This document shows, piece by piece, positions 29,693-37,932 of a stretch of DNA of 64,000 nt. The translations under genes were made by a program, and so were the position numbers. The notes under the pieces are model-generated. The model was given only the letters and a program-made list of their open reading frames with translations. It was not told the DNA's origin and made no database searches. The stretch lies in IMG/VR virus record IMGVR_UViG_3300020365_000001. The stretch is one strand, 5' to 3'. This DNA comes from a virus (taxonomy: Duplodnaviria > Caudoviricetes). Position 1 is the first letter of the stretch; each line of letters starts with the position of its first letter.

Positions 29693-30618
29693 CGTGGGTC
29701 TCCTGATAGTTTCATAGCACCGGAAAATTTGTAGGACTTGAACTTGTAGCGTATGTTGAACAGTGCAGTGGACCCAGCGTTGACAGTGATACTGTTTTTA
29801 CCTGCCTTGACAAACGTGATGCGTTTCGTATTGATAGCATCCATTTTGCTGTTGGCAAGTGGGTCCATTCCAACAGCATTATAGCGTCCTTTCTCCCCGG
29901 ACCCTGTTATTTTGAGGTATGGTGGGTATGCATTTGTTGCATCTAACCAACTACTAATAAGATATTGCCTACGTTGCTGTTGACTGACGATGTTATTGAG
30001 TTTGGCAAAGAGTTGATCCCTACAATAAGTCTCAACCTCAGACCCCTTCTCATTCAAAATTTTGTAACGCTCATCACCTGACTCTTTCCACCTCCTCATC
30101 TGCAATGTTCTATTTGCCTTAGTCATTCTGGCAAAGTCAGGGTAGTCCTCTAGTGCTTCTTCCTCTGCTGCTGCAATATAACCAGCAAGATTCAAACCTA
30201 GATCAGCATCAACTGTGCCCACACCAGGGTTTTTGAAACCAACGTCACCGGAGATAGTTGACTTAGCAGACAGTCCTAAGAATCCTCCCATGGCATACTG
30301 AACAAGAATGTCTGCGGGAAACTTTGTTTGATTTACTTTCACTCCTACTATGGGAAGGAAATCAAATCCAGGTTTGGCAGTCCAGTAGACAGAATCTATA
30401 ATTGTACCATATCCTTTTCGTTCTGCCATCTTGGTAAACTCTTTTACCATTGCTTCAGCACGACCTATCTGATCTTTATACTCTTGATCAGACAATGCTG
30501 TCTTCTTTCTATTGAAAGTTTGTTCAGTTATACGATCAGGAAACTGATCTCCGTTCAACAAATAAGCACACCAAATTTCATTTACGTCCGCTAACCTGGT
30601 GTTGTCTCCTCTTGTCAT
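29689..30618 (-). CDS. Putative PD-(D/E)xK-like (PD...SxK) endonuclease
   Basis: NE helix (DVNEIW) and PADILV...GLSAK. Confidence 0.5.
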   Translation of the reverse strand: MTRGDNTRLADVNEIWCAYLLNGDQFPDRITEQTFNRKKTALSDQEYKDQIGRAEAMVKEFTKMAERKGYGTIIDSVYWTAKPGFDFLPIVGVKVNQTKFPADILVQYAMGGFLGLSAKSTISGDVGFKNPGVGTVDADLGLNLAGYIAAAEEEALEDYPDFARMTKANRTLQMRRWKESGDERYKILNEKGSEVETYCRDQLFAKLNNIVSQQQRRQYLISSWLDATNAYPPYLKITGSGEKGRYNAVGMDPLANSKMDAINTKRITFVKAGKNSITVNAGSTALFNIRYKFKSYKFSGAMKLSGDPR

Positions 30619-31775
30619 TACACCATAGTTTTAGTATCCTCATCTGTTATATATCCATTCCCATCCATACGTTCAACATCTGGAGTATTAGATCCAAAAG
30701 TTTTTTTGATGACTGCAATGTAATCATCATTGAGTTCCAAACCAGTGACTGTCTTTTGAAAATTTACTCCCTCCTTTGTGCGTTCTCTATTTGCAGAAGG
30801 AGTTTTTAGTTTATTGTCTCTATAGAATGCATCTCCATTGCTCTCATAGATGTATTTTTTTGATGCCCACTTATACTCCCGCAAATCTCGCCATGCACTA
30901 TTGGCAGTTTGATGAGTGATAGACCAACGTTGCCAGTTAGGAGTATCAAAGAATGCCCAAACGTTTTCCTCAGGTTCTACTGGGTGCAAATTATATTGCT
31001 TAGCACATCTTAGTGTAACGTACTGATACTTTGCCATAAAACTCCATGCCCAATGCCATTGCTTTAGATTTGGATTCTTTGTATTCAGTACCACCGAGAC
31101 GCACTTGTCAAGTATCTTGATATTTCTTTCAGGGGTATTCTCTCTAAAGCATTTTTCACGTTCTTCTTCATTGTATATAAAAACCCTACCCGTACCATAT
31201 ATTTGATCACCTACTTCACCAGTAACGAAAAAGTTATTTGGATCATTGACATATGGAGTAAGGCATTCATCTGGTTTATTGTTTGATCCAGAACAAATGT
31301 GAGAAGTCAGAGGAGAAGTAGGATCTATATCTGTATGAGCATGTTGAATGGGTGTTGCGAGACTGTGCTTCATAATATCCTTGTAACCAGTCTCACACTC
31401 GGCTATAGATCCAGCATCAAAGTGAACTTGAAAAGGAACTTCTGCTCTAATGAAAGCATATAACGCTACTGTGCTGTCAATTCCACCAGACCACAGTAGG
31501 TTTATTGTTCGGCCACGTGCTTTCTCTACCAGGATCTCAACAGCGTCTGCACACACCTCTTCCACGGTCATCTCCGTGAAGAAGTTATCAGGCATTGGTG
31601 ATATGATTTTATAATTACGCTTAGTCTTTAGTTTTCCAGCTCTACATACAAATCTGGTTTGATAATATCGATCAATATATAATTCATCTGGGTAAAAATT
31701 CTTTTCTATTAGTCTGGGGATACCATGGAAAGATCTAGGTAAATACTCCGCCCCCCAATGCCAGTCAGGATGCAT
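30618..31775 (-). CDS. PP-loop (adenine nucleotide alpha-hydrolase) protein, asparagine-synthase-C-like
   Basis: LLWSGGIDST, VTGEVGDQIYG, YKWASKKYI. Confidence 0.75.
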   Translation of the reverse strand: MHPDWHWGAEYLPRSFHGIPRLIEKNFYPDELYIDRYYQTRFVCRAGKLKTKRNYKIISPMPDNFFTEMTVEEVCADAVEILVEKARGRTINLLWSGGIDSTVALYAFIRAEVPFQVHFDAGSIAECETGYKDIMKHSLATPIQHAHTDIDPTSPLTSHICSGSNNKPDECLTPYVNDPNNFFVTGEVGDQIYGTGRVFIYNEEEREKCFRENTPERNIKILDKCVSVVLNTKNPNLKQWHWAWSFMAKYQYVTLRCAKQYNLHPVEPEENVWAFFDTPNWQRWSITHQTANSAWRDLREYKWASKKYIYESNGDAFYRDNKLKTPSANRERTKEGVNFQKTVTGLELNDDYIAVIKKTFGSNTPDVERMDGNGYITDEDTKTMV

Positions 31776-31792
31776 AATATATCGATAGGTAC

Positions 31793-31819
31793 AAAAAAAC
31801 CGGGGTATGACCCCCGGTT
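31793..31819 (-). terminator. Intrinsic terminator after the TRAP binding-protein gene
   Basis: AACCGGGG-GTCATA-CCCCGGTT followed by a T-run. Confidence 0.85.
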
Positions 31820-31844
31820 ATTTATTAGGATGTGAGCGATAAGA

Positions 31845-32789
31845 TCACTTGGTGTTCTTGATACTATCAATCAAACCATCAGAGAACATGTCTGAGAACT
31901 GATCATACAGGTATGCAGTTGCATCCTTGAAACGACCACGCTCTGCGTCAGACATGGTGACAACAGTGATGTCTTCTTCTTTACACTGAGATTTCACAAC
32001 ATCGATGTCTTCAACAGACCAGACACGCTCAGCACGTGCTGCGTCGAAGGACGCTGCTTCGATTTTTCCTTTCAACTCTTCGTCAAGAGTTTCCCAGAAG
32101 TCGCTTGCAACGATGATGGAAGTAAGGAAGAGACTATGCTCTGCGTCATTGATGGTATCCATGCACTCGTTTTGCTTCAGACCGAAGAAACGAGGATAGG
32201 TAGACTCACCACCAACAATCTCACCATCTTGGACACCCTCATTGATCTGCTCAAGTTCAATGGGGACGGGGATTGCACCAACTGCTTTCAGGGTTTCCTG
32301 AGCAATGGGTGATTTGTTACAACGAAGGCGGACGCCTTCAAAATCTTCAATTGTGTGCAGTTCCGTGTTAGCAGGGATCATGCGGAAACCACCAGAATAG
32401 GTGAAGGCAAGACCCTGAACATTGGAATCCTTATTTAGTCCGTCGAGGAGAGATTTTCCAACCTCACCTTCCAGGACATTTTTCGCGTGGTCGTGATCAC
32501 GGAACAAGAAAGGCATATCAAGTGCCCACATGTCCCGGTGATGCTTCCTACCAAGTGTAGACGTATACATCTGCGACATCTCTACCTCACCATCCTCCAT
32601 GAGTTGGAGGAGGTCATGTTTGGTGATGGTAGCACCGCCCTTGTACTTATCTGAATACTCAGAAAGGGTCAGAATTTCAACGTTTAGTTCTCCAGGAGCA
32701 CACGCTTCCATGGAAGCTTTGAAACGCTTTGCTGCTCTGAGGAACAATTCAATCGGTTCATGGGCTAGAACCCAGCGAATTGTTTTCAT
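31845..32789 (-). CDS. TRAP transporter substrate-binding protein (DctP family), no signal peptide
   Basis: LDMPFLFRDHDHA, GGFR, IEDFEGVRLR, GAIPVPI, VQDGEIVGGE. Confidence 0.85.
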   Translation of the reverse strand: MKTIRWVLAHEPIELFLRAAKRFKASMEACAPGELNVEILTLSEYSDKYKGGATITKHDLLQLMEDGEVEMSQMYTSTLGRKHHRDMWALDMPFLFRDHDHAKNVLEGEVGKSLLDGLNKDSNVQGLAFTYSGGFRMIPANTELHTIEDFEGVRLRCNKSPIAQETLKAVGAIPVPIELEQINEGVQDGEIVGGESTYPRFFGLKQNECMDTINDAEHSLFLTSIIVASDFWETLDEELKGKIEAASFDAARAERVWSVEDIDVVKSQCKEEDITVVTMSDAERGRFKDATAYLYDQFSDMFSDGLIDSIKNTK

Positions 32790-32814
32790 CGGATATTATA
32801 CAGGATTACAGATG

Positions 32815-32822
32815 TATTTATA
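32815..32822 (-). promoter_or_regulatory. T4-type late promoter TATAAATA
   Basis: Exact consensus about 25 nt upstream of the DctP-like ATG. Confidence 0.8.
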
Positions 32823-32831
32823 AGTATGTGA

Positions 32832-33086
32832 TCAGATATACACGCGATCACCATCGGCAGTCGTACGACGCTGCCAGTCGTTACGGTTCCACAGACGTTC
32901 GTGGAGGATATACAGAGTGGAGTTGATGACAAGTGCCATCAGACCGATAGTCAGACCCTTCCAGGGGTTACCAGAGACGATCCAACCAATCACAGAGTTG
33001 GTCACCATCATCCAGGAACGCCAGGTAACAGCTTTGGTCACGGTACGAGGAAAACGCTCGAACCACTTAGGGGATGCAAAGGACAT
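32832..33086 (-). CDS. DUF2061-like small membrane protein
   Basis: RTVTKAVTWR...LYILHERLW motifs around two hydrophobic segments. Confidence 0.8.
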   Translation of the reverse strand: MSFASPKWFERFPRTVTKAVTWRSWMMVTNSVIGWIVSGNPWKGLTIGLMALVINSTLYILHERLWNRNDWQRRTTADGDRVYI

Positions 33087-33153
33087 TTTGTTGCTACAAA
33101 AAATTACAGGTATTACATGACGATCTTTACTGAGGCGGCATCACTCCTCGTTT

Positions 33154-33840
33154 CTACACCCAGTATTTTACTATCGGATGAACTTGTTCGTCAAGTTCAT
33201 GATTCTTTGGATACTGGTGGAGCAGAGCAATTGATTTATTTGCTCTTAGTGTGAAACTATTCAATTGGTTAGGAGACTCACCATCTCTATATGAGTAGAT
33301 ACAGTGAGGAAGTTGAGTTCTTTTTACTTTTTCATTATGATAAAAGTCGTCTGTTCCTGCGTACTTCGCCACAAATTCTCGTGGAGACTGCATGAAATAT
33401 TCGTAAACTCGCGTTGCGTCTCTCCAAACAATTACTGATGAATTATATAGTGATTTGCGTGGGTTACGCATTTTGAATGGGACGCCCTTCCAAGTAGAGT
33501 AGACTAATGCGAACTCTGCATCATGATCAAGAACCTCAGTTATATCACCATGTATGATGACATCTAGATCAAAAAAGATCTTTCTTTCGTAGGTAGAAAT
33601 ATCAGGATGGACAAACATTTGGATCTTCCACCATGCTGCCCACCAGTTCTCCCACGTTAGGTATTCGGTTACGTCAATAGGGATGACGTTTACCTCTGAG
33701 TTGATGTCTGATGCGTCGTCTGTGAAGCAATAAAAGGGTGCATCGGTTTGGAGACGCACCATATTATAAAGCTTGTTTACGTACTGTGCATCAAATTTGT
33801 CACCGATCTTGATGCAGGTGATGCAGTAATCAGATGTCAC
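33154..33840 (-). CDS. Glycosyltransferase-like (DxD) protein
   Basis: YVNKLYNMV, FYCFTDD, FFDLDVII, YNSSV; GTG start inferred. Confidence 0.7.
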   Translation of the reverse strand: MTSDYCITCIKIGDKFDAQYVNKLYNMVRLQTDAPFYCFTDDASDINSEVNVIPIDVTEYLTWENWWAAWWKIQMFVHPDISTYERKIFFDLDVIIHGDITEVLDHDAEFALVYSTWKGVPFKMRNPRKSLYNSSVIVWRDATRVYEYFMQSPREFVAKYAGTDDFYHNEKVKRTQLPHCIYSYRDGESPNQLNSFTLRANKSIALLHQYPKNHELDEQVHPIVKYWV

Positions 33841-34231
33841 CTTCTTGACGATTCTCCGAATAGAACTCGCTGAACGTACCCTCAGGGAAACGTGCTTCGA
33901 GTTTCTTGACATTCATATCTAGCACTTCATTCATGTCCACCTCCAGTGCCATGCATGCTTGTGCCACATACCACATGATGTCACCCAGTTCTCGCTTTAG
34001 ATGGAACAGGTTCTCTTCGTTGGCAGGTTTTCCTTGGAAGATCATCTTCTTTACGATCTCTGTGAACTCACCTGCTTCAGCAGACATACCAACAGAAGCG
34101 GTAAGAAGGCGTTGCACTGCAATCTGCCCACCAAGTTCTTGCAGACGGTAGATGAAGGCATCAGAATCCTGGGATTCTTTGCTTGTCACTCCGTTGACGA
34201 AGCGTTGATAGTTTGTGAAATTTACTCCCAT
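33830..34231 (-). CDS. mazG: MazG-like nucleotide pyrophosphohydrolase
   Basis: AEAGEFTEIVKK, ELGDIMWY. Confidence 0.9.
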   Translation of the reverse strand: MGVNFTNYQRFVNGVTSKESQDSDAFIYRLQELGGQIAVQRLLTASVGMSAEAGEFTEIVKKMIFQGKPANEENLFHLKRELGDIMWYVAQACMALEVDMNEVLDMNVKKLEARFPEGTFSEFYSENRQEGDI

Positions 34232-35613
34232 TTGAAGTCGTCGAATTTGGATTTGGATTTGGTGTTGTCTTCTTTTGTATTGTACTGCACTTCTACAATG
34301 TCGTCAACCAGGTCGTCCTGTGCTGTTTGCTCACAGTCATACAGTCTCATCTTGGCACGATCAATGCCCACCACGAATCGCTTGTTCATACTCAAATCAT
34401 TGTAGCGGTTCTTCAACTGCTTGACCATAATTTGATTGAGTTGCTCCATCTCCTCTGTGCTAACCAATGCGAACATAAGGTCGGCAGTAGCAGGGAGACC
34501 AAAAGACTCGGAAGTATCTGTCAGGTTAGGGTCAGAACTACCATAACCAGATCGTGTGGTCTGAGTAGCGGAGACGATAGGAACACCTATCTCCACCGCT
34601 AGACCACGTAGTTCTTCTGCAATCGCCTTGACATAGGTGTAACTATTGATGTTGGTAGCACCTCTATACCGTGATGATGCACAGATGTTTAGATAGTCAA
34701 CAAAGATAATATCTGGTTTGAAGTTCTTCTTCATCTTGAGTTCCTGCATCAGAGCACGGAAGTGCCCAGAGTGTGCAGAGGCAGTAGGATACTCTTTGAC
34801 AATCAGGTGTCCTGTAGTCTTCGCTGCGATCTTTGCAATCTTTTTTGTGAAGACTTGTTCAGGTATTTCCTGTATGTCTTGGATGTTGACATCGAGAAGG
34901 TTAGCATCAATTCTTTCTGCAATCTTCTCTTCAGCCATCTCCATTGTGATGTATAGAACGTTCTTTCCTTGGAGGAGAACACTGGCAGCGACATGGCACA
35001 TAAACAAAGACTTACCGACGCCTGTGCCAGCAAGAGCGATGTTGAGCGTTTTATCACTGAGTCCGCCCGAAGTAATCTTATTGAAGTATTCAAGATCAAA
35101 GGGGATTTTATTTTCGACTCGGTGATAATATGCAAAGCGATCCTCGGAATCATCGAGGTAGTCATGTCCCACATGCTGATCAAACCCGACCGCAAGAGCG
35201 TCGGAAAGGATGCCTGGGATCGCATCGGGAGAGAGTTTGTCATCATTACCATCAGCAACTTGAATACTCTTGATTAGAGCAAGGTAGATTGCTCTGTCCT
35301 TACACCACTTCTCAGTGGTATCAAGCAACCACGACGAGTTTGGTTTCTCCTGCAAGTCTAGCGAGGAAACCAAATTCTCTATCAACTGAAACTCCTCTTG
35401 GGTAAGATCTGTTCGAGATCCGACCTCAATTTGGAGTGCTTCTTTGGTTGGAATCGTATCGTACTTCGTTAGATACTCAGCAACCTGCTGATATACTACG
35501 CGATCAGTCTTCTCCTCAAAGTAATCTGGTTCAATAAATGGAACGACTTGCCGAGCATACTCTTCATCGTGTACCAGGTTGTTGAGAATCGATAGTGGTA
35601 CTCGTTCTGTCAT
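34222..35613 (-). CDS. gp41: Replicative helicase (T4 gp41)
   Basis: AGTGVGKS, KEYPT, DYLNI, SATQTTR, SESFGLP. Confidence 0.97.
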   Translation of the reverse strand: MTERVPLSILNNLVHDEEYARQVVPFIEPDYFEEKTDRVVYQQVAEYLTKYDTIPTKEALQIEVGSRTDLTQEEFQLIENLVSSLDLQEKPNSSWLLDTTEKWCKDRAIYLALIKSIQVADGNDDKLSPDAIPGILSDALAVGFDQHVGHDYLDDSEDRFAYYHRVENKIPFDLEYFNKITSGGLSDKTLNIALAGTGVGKSLFMCHVAASVLLQGKNVLYITMEMAEEKIAERIDANLLDVNIQDIQEIPEQVFTKKIAKIAAKTTGHLIVKEYPTASAHSGHFRALMQELKMKKNFKPDIIFVDYLNICASSRYRGATNINSYTYVKAIAEELRGLAVEIGVPIVSATQTTRSGYGSSDPNLTDTSESFGLPATADLMFALVSTEEMEQLNQIMVKQLKNRYNDLSMNKRFVVGIDRAKMRLYDCEQTAQDDLVDDIVEVQYNTKEDNTKSKSKFDDFKWE

Positions 35614-36269
35614 CTATACACAGCAGTAAAAGAAATACTAAGTCTTTTGGTTTGTTCTTCTCTGAATGGTAGCACTGCGTGAGTTAGGTATGAGGGGAAT
35701 AGAATTAGAAGTCCGGCAACAGGGTAAGTGTGGTATGCATCCAAGTTGTATGCACTTGGTCTGTCATCCTTTCTGAGTCCTGTCTTCAAACCATAAGAAG
35801 GATCTTGGAAATAGATAGATCCACCCTTCTTACCGTCCCATATACCTGCTTGTATTGGGTTCGTGTCACTATAACTGAAGTTACAATCGTTGTCAACGAT
35901 AGATTGGACAGGGTAATACACCCCCGTCAACGCTGACACACCATGATGATGACCAACAGTCATGTCACCACTCTGGTTTATGTTTGCCCACAACTGTTGA
36001 CAAACAAGTCCAGGTAGATACCCATGCTTGACACAATATTCGTTAGCACTATTCTCTATCTGGTTTCTGAGGGTACTAAAACTTTCGTACCTATCCTCTA
36101 AATCAGAACTACTATGCCACCCACCCAGGTTTGATCGAGTCAAACCATCAGGATCTCTGTCTTGTTCTTTGAGTATATCAGTAACTAAATCAACGTTTAG
36201 TTCGTGATTGTCTTCTCCAAAATTATAAAGAGATATGGGTATAGGGAATAGTGGTAGGTCAACTACCAT
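35610..36269 (-). CDS. 2OG-Fe(II) oxygenase-like protein inserted between uvsX and gp41
   Basis: LFPIPI, WANIN, HHH, GVYY, FPSYLTHAV, RLSISF. Confidence 0.8.
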   Translation of the reverse strand: MVVDLPLFPIPISLYNFGEDNHELNVDLVTDILKEQDRDPDGLTRSNLGGWHSSSDLEDRYESFSTLRNQIENSANEYCVKHGYLPGLVCQQLWANINQSGDMTVGHHHGVSALTGVYYPVQSIVDNDCNFSYSDTNPIQAGIWDGKKGGSIYFQDPSYGLKTGLRKDDRPSAYNLDAYHTYPVAGLLILFPSYLTHAVLPFREEQTKRLSISFTAVYR

Positions 36270-37263
36270 AACTAAACTCTTTGCCCGCTGCCTCGTCAAG
36301 TTGTTCCATCAACTCTGGAGTGAAATACTTCTCAGGGTTGCTGTACACTTCTTTGGCATACACCTTCTTACCGTCAATCTCATATCGATTGCCGACCTTC
36401 TTGATTACCCCAGTGCTTTCACCGAGCTCCAGAAGACCATAATATCGATCAAGACCACGCTCATCGTAATACAGACGGATCGAAACAGTACGGTTCTCAC
36501 GGCTCAAACGTGACTTGACTGCCTTAGCTTTGATAATGTTTCCAATGATTTCCGTTCCATCCTTTTCTTTTGCTTTGCTGAGATAAATGATTGTACTCGC
36601 TGCATACTTGAGTCCCGAACCTCCTCCCATCTCTTTAGTTGGTACGTAAGCTCCGATGACATCGTATGTATGGTTGGTGACAATGAGTGGAACATTTGCT
36701 TGACCGAGTTTGAGTGTAAGCATTCTGAATGCACCCTTGACGAGTTGACTCTTCGTCATGTCACGGGTCTGTTTGTCCTCAAGGACATCCTTGATCTCCT
36801 TTTCAGTGGAGAGCATTCCTAGAGAGTCTAGTACAAACATCATGGGTTTGCGATCCTTCTCATCTAGACTGAGATATTTGTCAACAATCTTCAGTGCCCG
36901 ATTACGGAACTGTTCGATAGTGACAACCTGCACGTGACCAAACCTTTCCAGGTCAATGCCACGCTCGACCAGCATACCTTTCTTGATAGCAGACTCAGTG
37001 TCAAAATACATGACACCACCGTCAGGGTGCTTCTCCAAGAAGTTTTTGACTACCGCAAGGGAGAAGAATGTTTTTCCTGTGGAGGTTTCACCAGCGATTG
37101 CAGTGATTTTATCGCCACTGATTCCCCCATAAATGCTGCCACTAACCAGGGCATTGAAAATGTGAGAGCCAGTGTCAACAAATCGCTCCGTATCGTCAAC
37201 ATCCGACGCGAGTTTTGTGTAGTCATCGCCAATCTCTTTGATGATGTCCTTGAAAAAATCCAT
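36259..37263 (-). CDS. uvsX: RecA-like recombinase
   Basis: GETSTGKT, FDTESA, DSLGML, MGGGSGLKYAAS. Confidence 0.95.
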   Translation of the reverse strand: MDFFKDIIKEIGDDYTKLASDVDDTERFVDTGSHIFNALVSGSIYGGISGDKITAIAGETSTGKTFFSLAVVKNFLEKHPDGGVMYFDTESAIKKGMLVERGIDLERFGHVQVVTIEQFRNRALKIVDKYLSLDEKDRKPMMFVLDSLGMLSTEKEIKDVLEDKQTRDMTKSQLVKGAFRMLTLKLGQANVPLIVTNHTYDVIGAYVPTKEMGGGSGLKYAASTIIYLSKAKEKDGTEIIGNIIKAKAVKSRLSRENRTVSIRLYYDERGLDRYYGLLELGESTGVIKKVGNRYEIDGKKVYAKEVYSNPEKYFTPELMEQLDEAAGKEFSYGS

Positions 37264-37264
37264 G

Positions 37265-37732
37265 TCAAATACCTAATAGTTTACGTTGTCTCTCAAAGTA
37301 TCCATGAAGGATCCAGGAGCTACTATTGATCTTGTCTGTACCACCCACACCCCATTCAAAGACAACTCGTTCATTATCCTTGAACCTTTCATATTCTGGA
37401 GTGTTAGTTGCACCCCGGTCTCCTCCATTACAGAAGACAACAGTCTCTGCAATGTCTAGACACTTCTCGATAGCACCACAGGCACTATCATCGGCATCAT
37501 CCCAAGAGATGACAGCATCAACCATGTCAAGATGCCGTACAATGTCGGCACGTTCAGTCCAACACTGAAAATACTGACCCTTCTTACGTTTCAACCAAGG
37601 ATCACCGTTCAATCCTACCACCAGGTAGTCTGAAAAGTCCTTAGCACGATCAAAATAATGTAGGTGACCGCTGTGGATAGGGTCGAATCCGCCTGTAACC
37701 AGACTAACTTTTTCAAAAAACACGAGATTCAT
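37265..37732 (-). CDS. Cytidylyltransferase-like protein (HxGH)
   Basis: TGGFDPIHSGH, NGGDR, KINSSS. Confidence 0.85.
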   Translation of the reverse strand: MNLVFFEKVSLVTGGFDPIHSGHLHYFDRAKDFSDYLVVGLNGDPWLKRKKGQYFQCWTERADIVRHLDMVDAVISWDDADDSACGAIEKCLDIAETVVFCNGGDRGATNTPEYERFKDNERVVFEWGVGGTDKINSSSWILHGYFERQRKLLGI

Positions 37733-37903
37733 TCAAATAACGTAACCAAACTGCTCCCTGGCAATTTTTTTGTACGGTCCACCAGGATTATCGGCACGGA
37801 TATCCTTGATGCGAACCAGTTTCTGATAAAGAGAAGTGTCGCCACCGAGACGCAGTGCGTTACAGATGGTCGTCAGTTCTTTATCGTTGATGGGGAGGTC
37901 CAT
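37733..37903 (-). CDS. Small hypothetical protein (56 aa)
   Basis: Hand-translated MDLPINDKELTTICNALRLGGDTSLYQKL...; TGCTATAAT extended -10 at 37924-37932. Confidence 0.75.
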   Translation of the reverse strand: MDLPINDKELTTICNALRLGGDTSLYQKLVRIKDIRADNPGGPYKKIAREQFGYVI

Positions 37904-37932
37904 AGTGTCCTGATAGTGTTTCGATTATAGCA

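Noticed and set aside
30618-31775. QueC (7-deazaguanine DNA modification) assignment for the SGGIDS protein
   Set aside because: It lacks the C-terminal Zn-binding Cys cluster, and no queD, queE, folE or dpdA is in the window.
31819-31826. ATAAATA late-promoter-like motif after the DctP-like gene
   Set aside because: It lies immediately before a strong terminator, so it is unlikely to drive the PP-loop gene.
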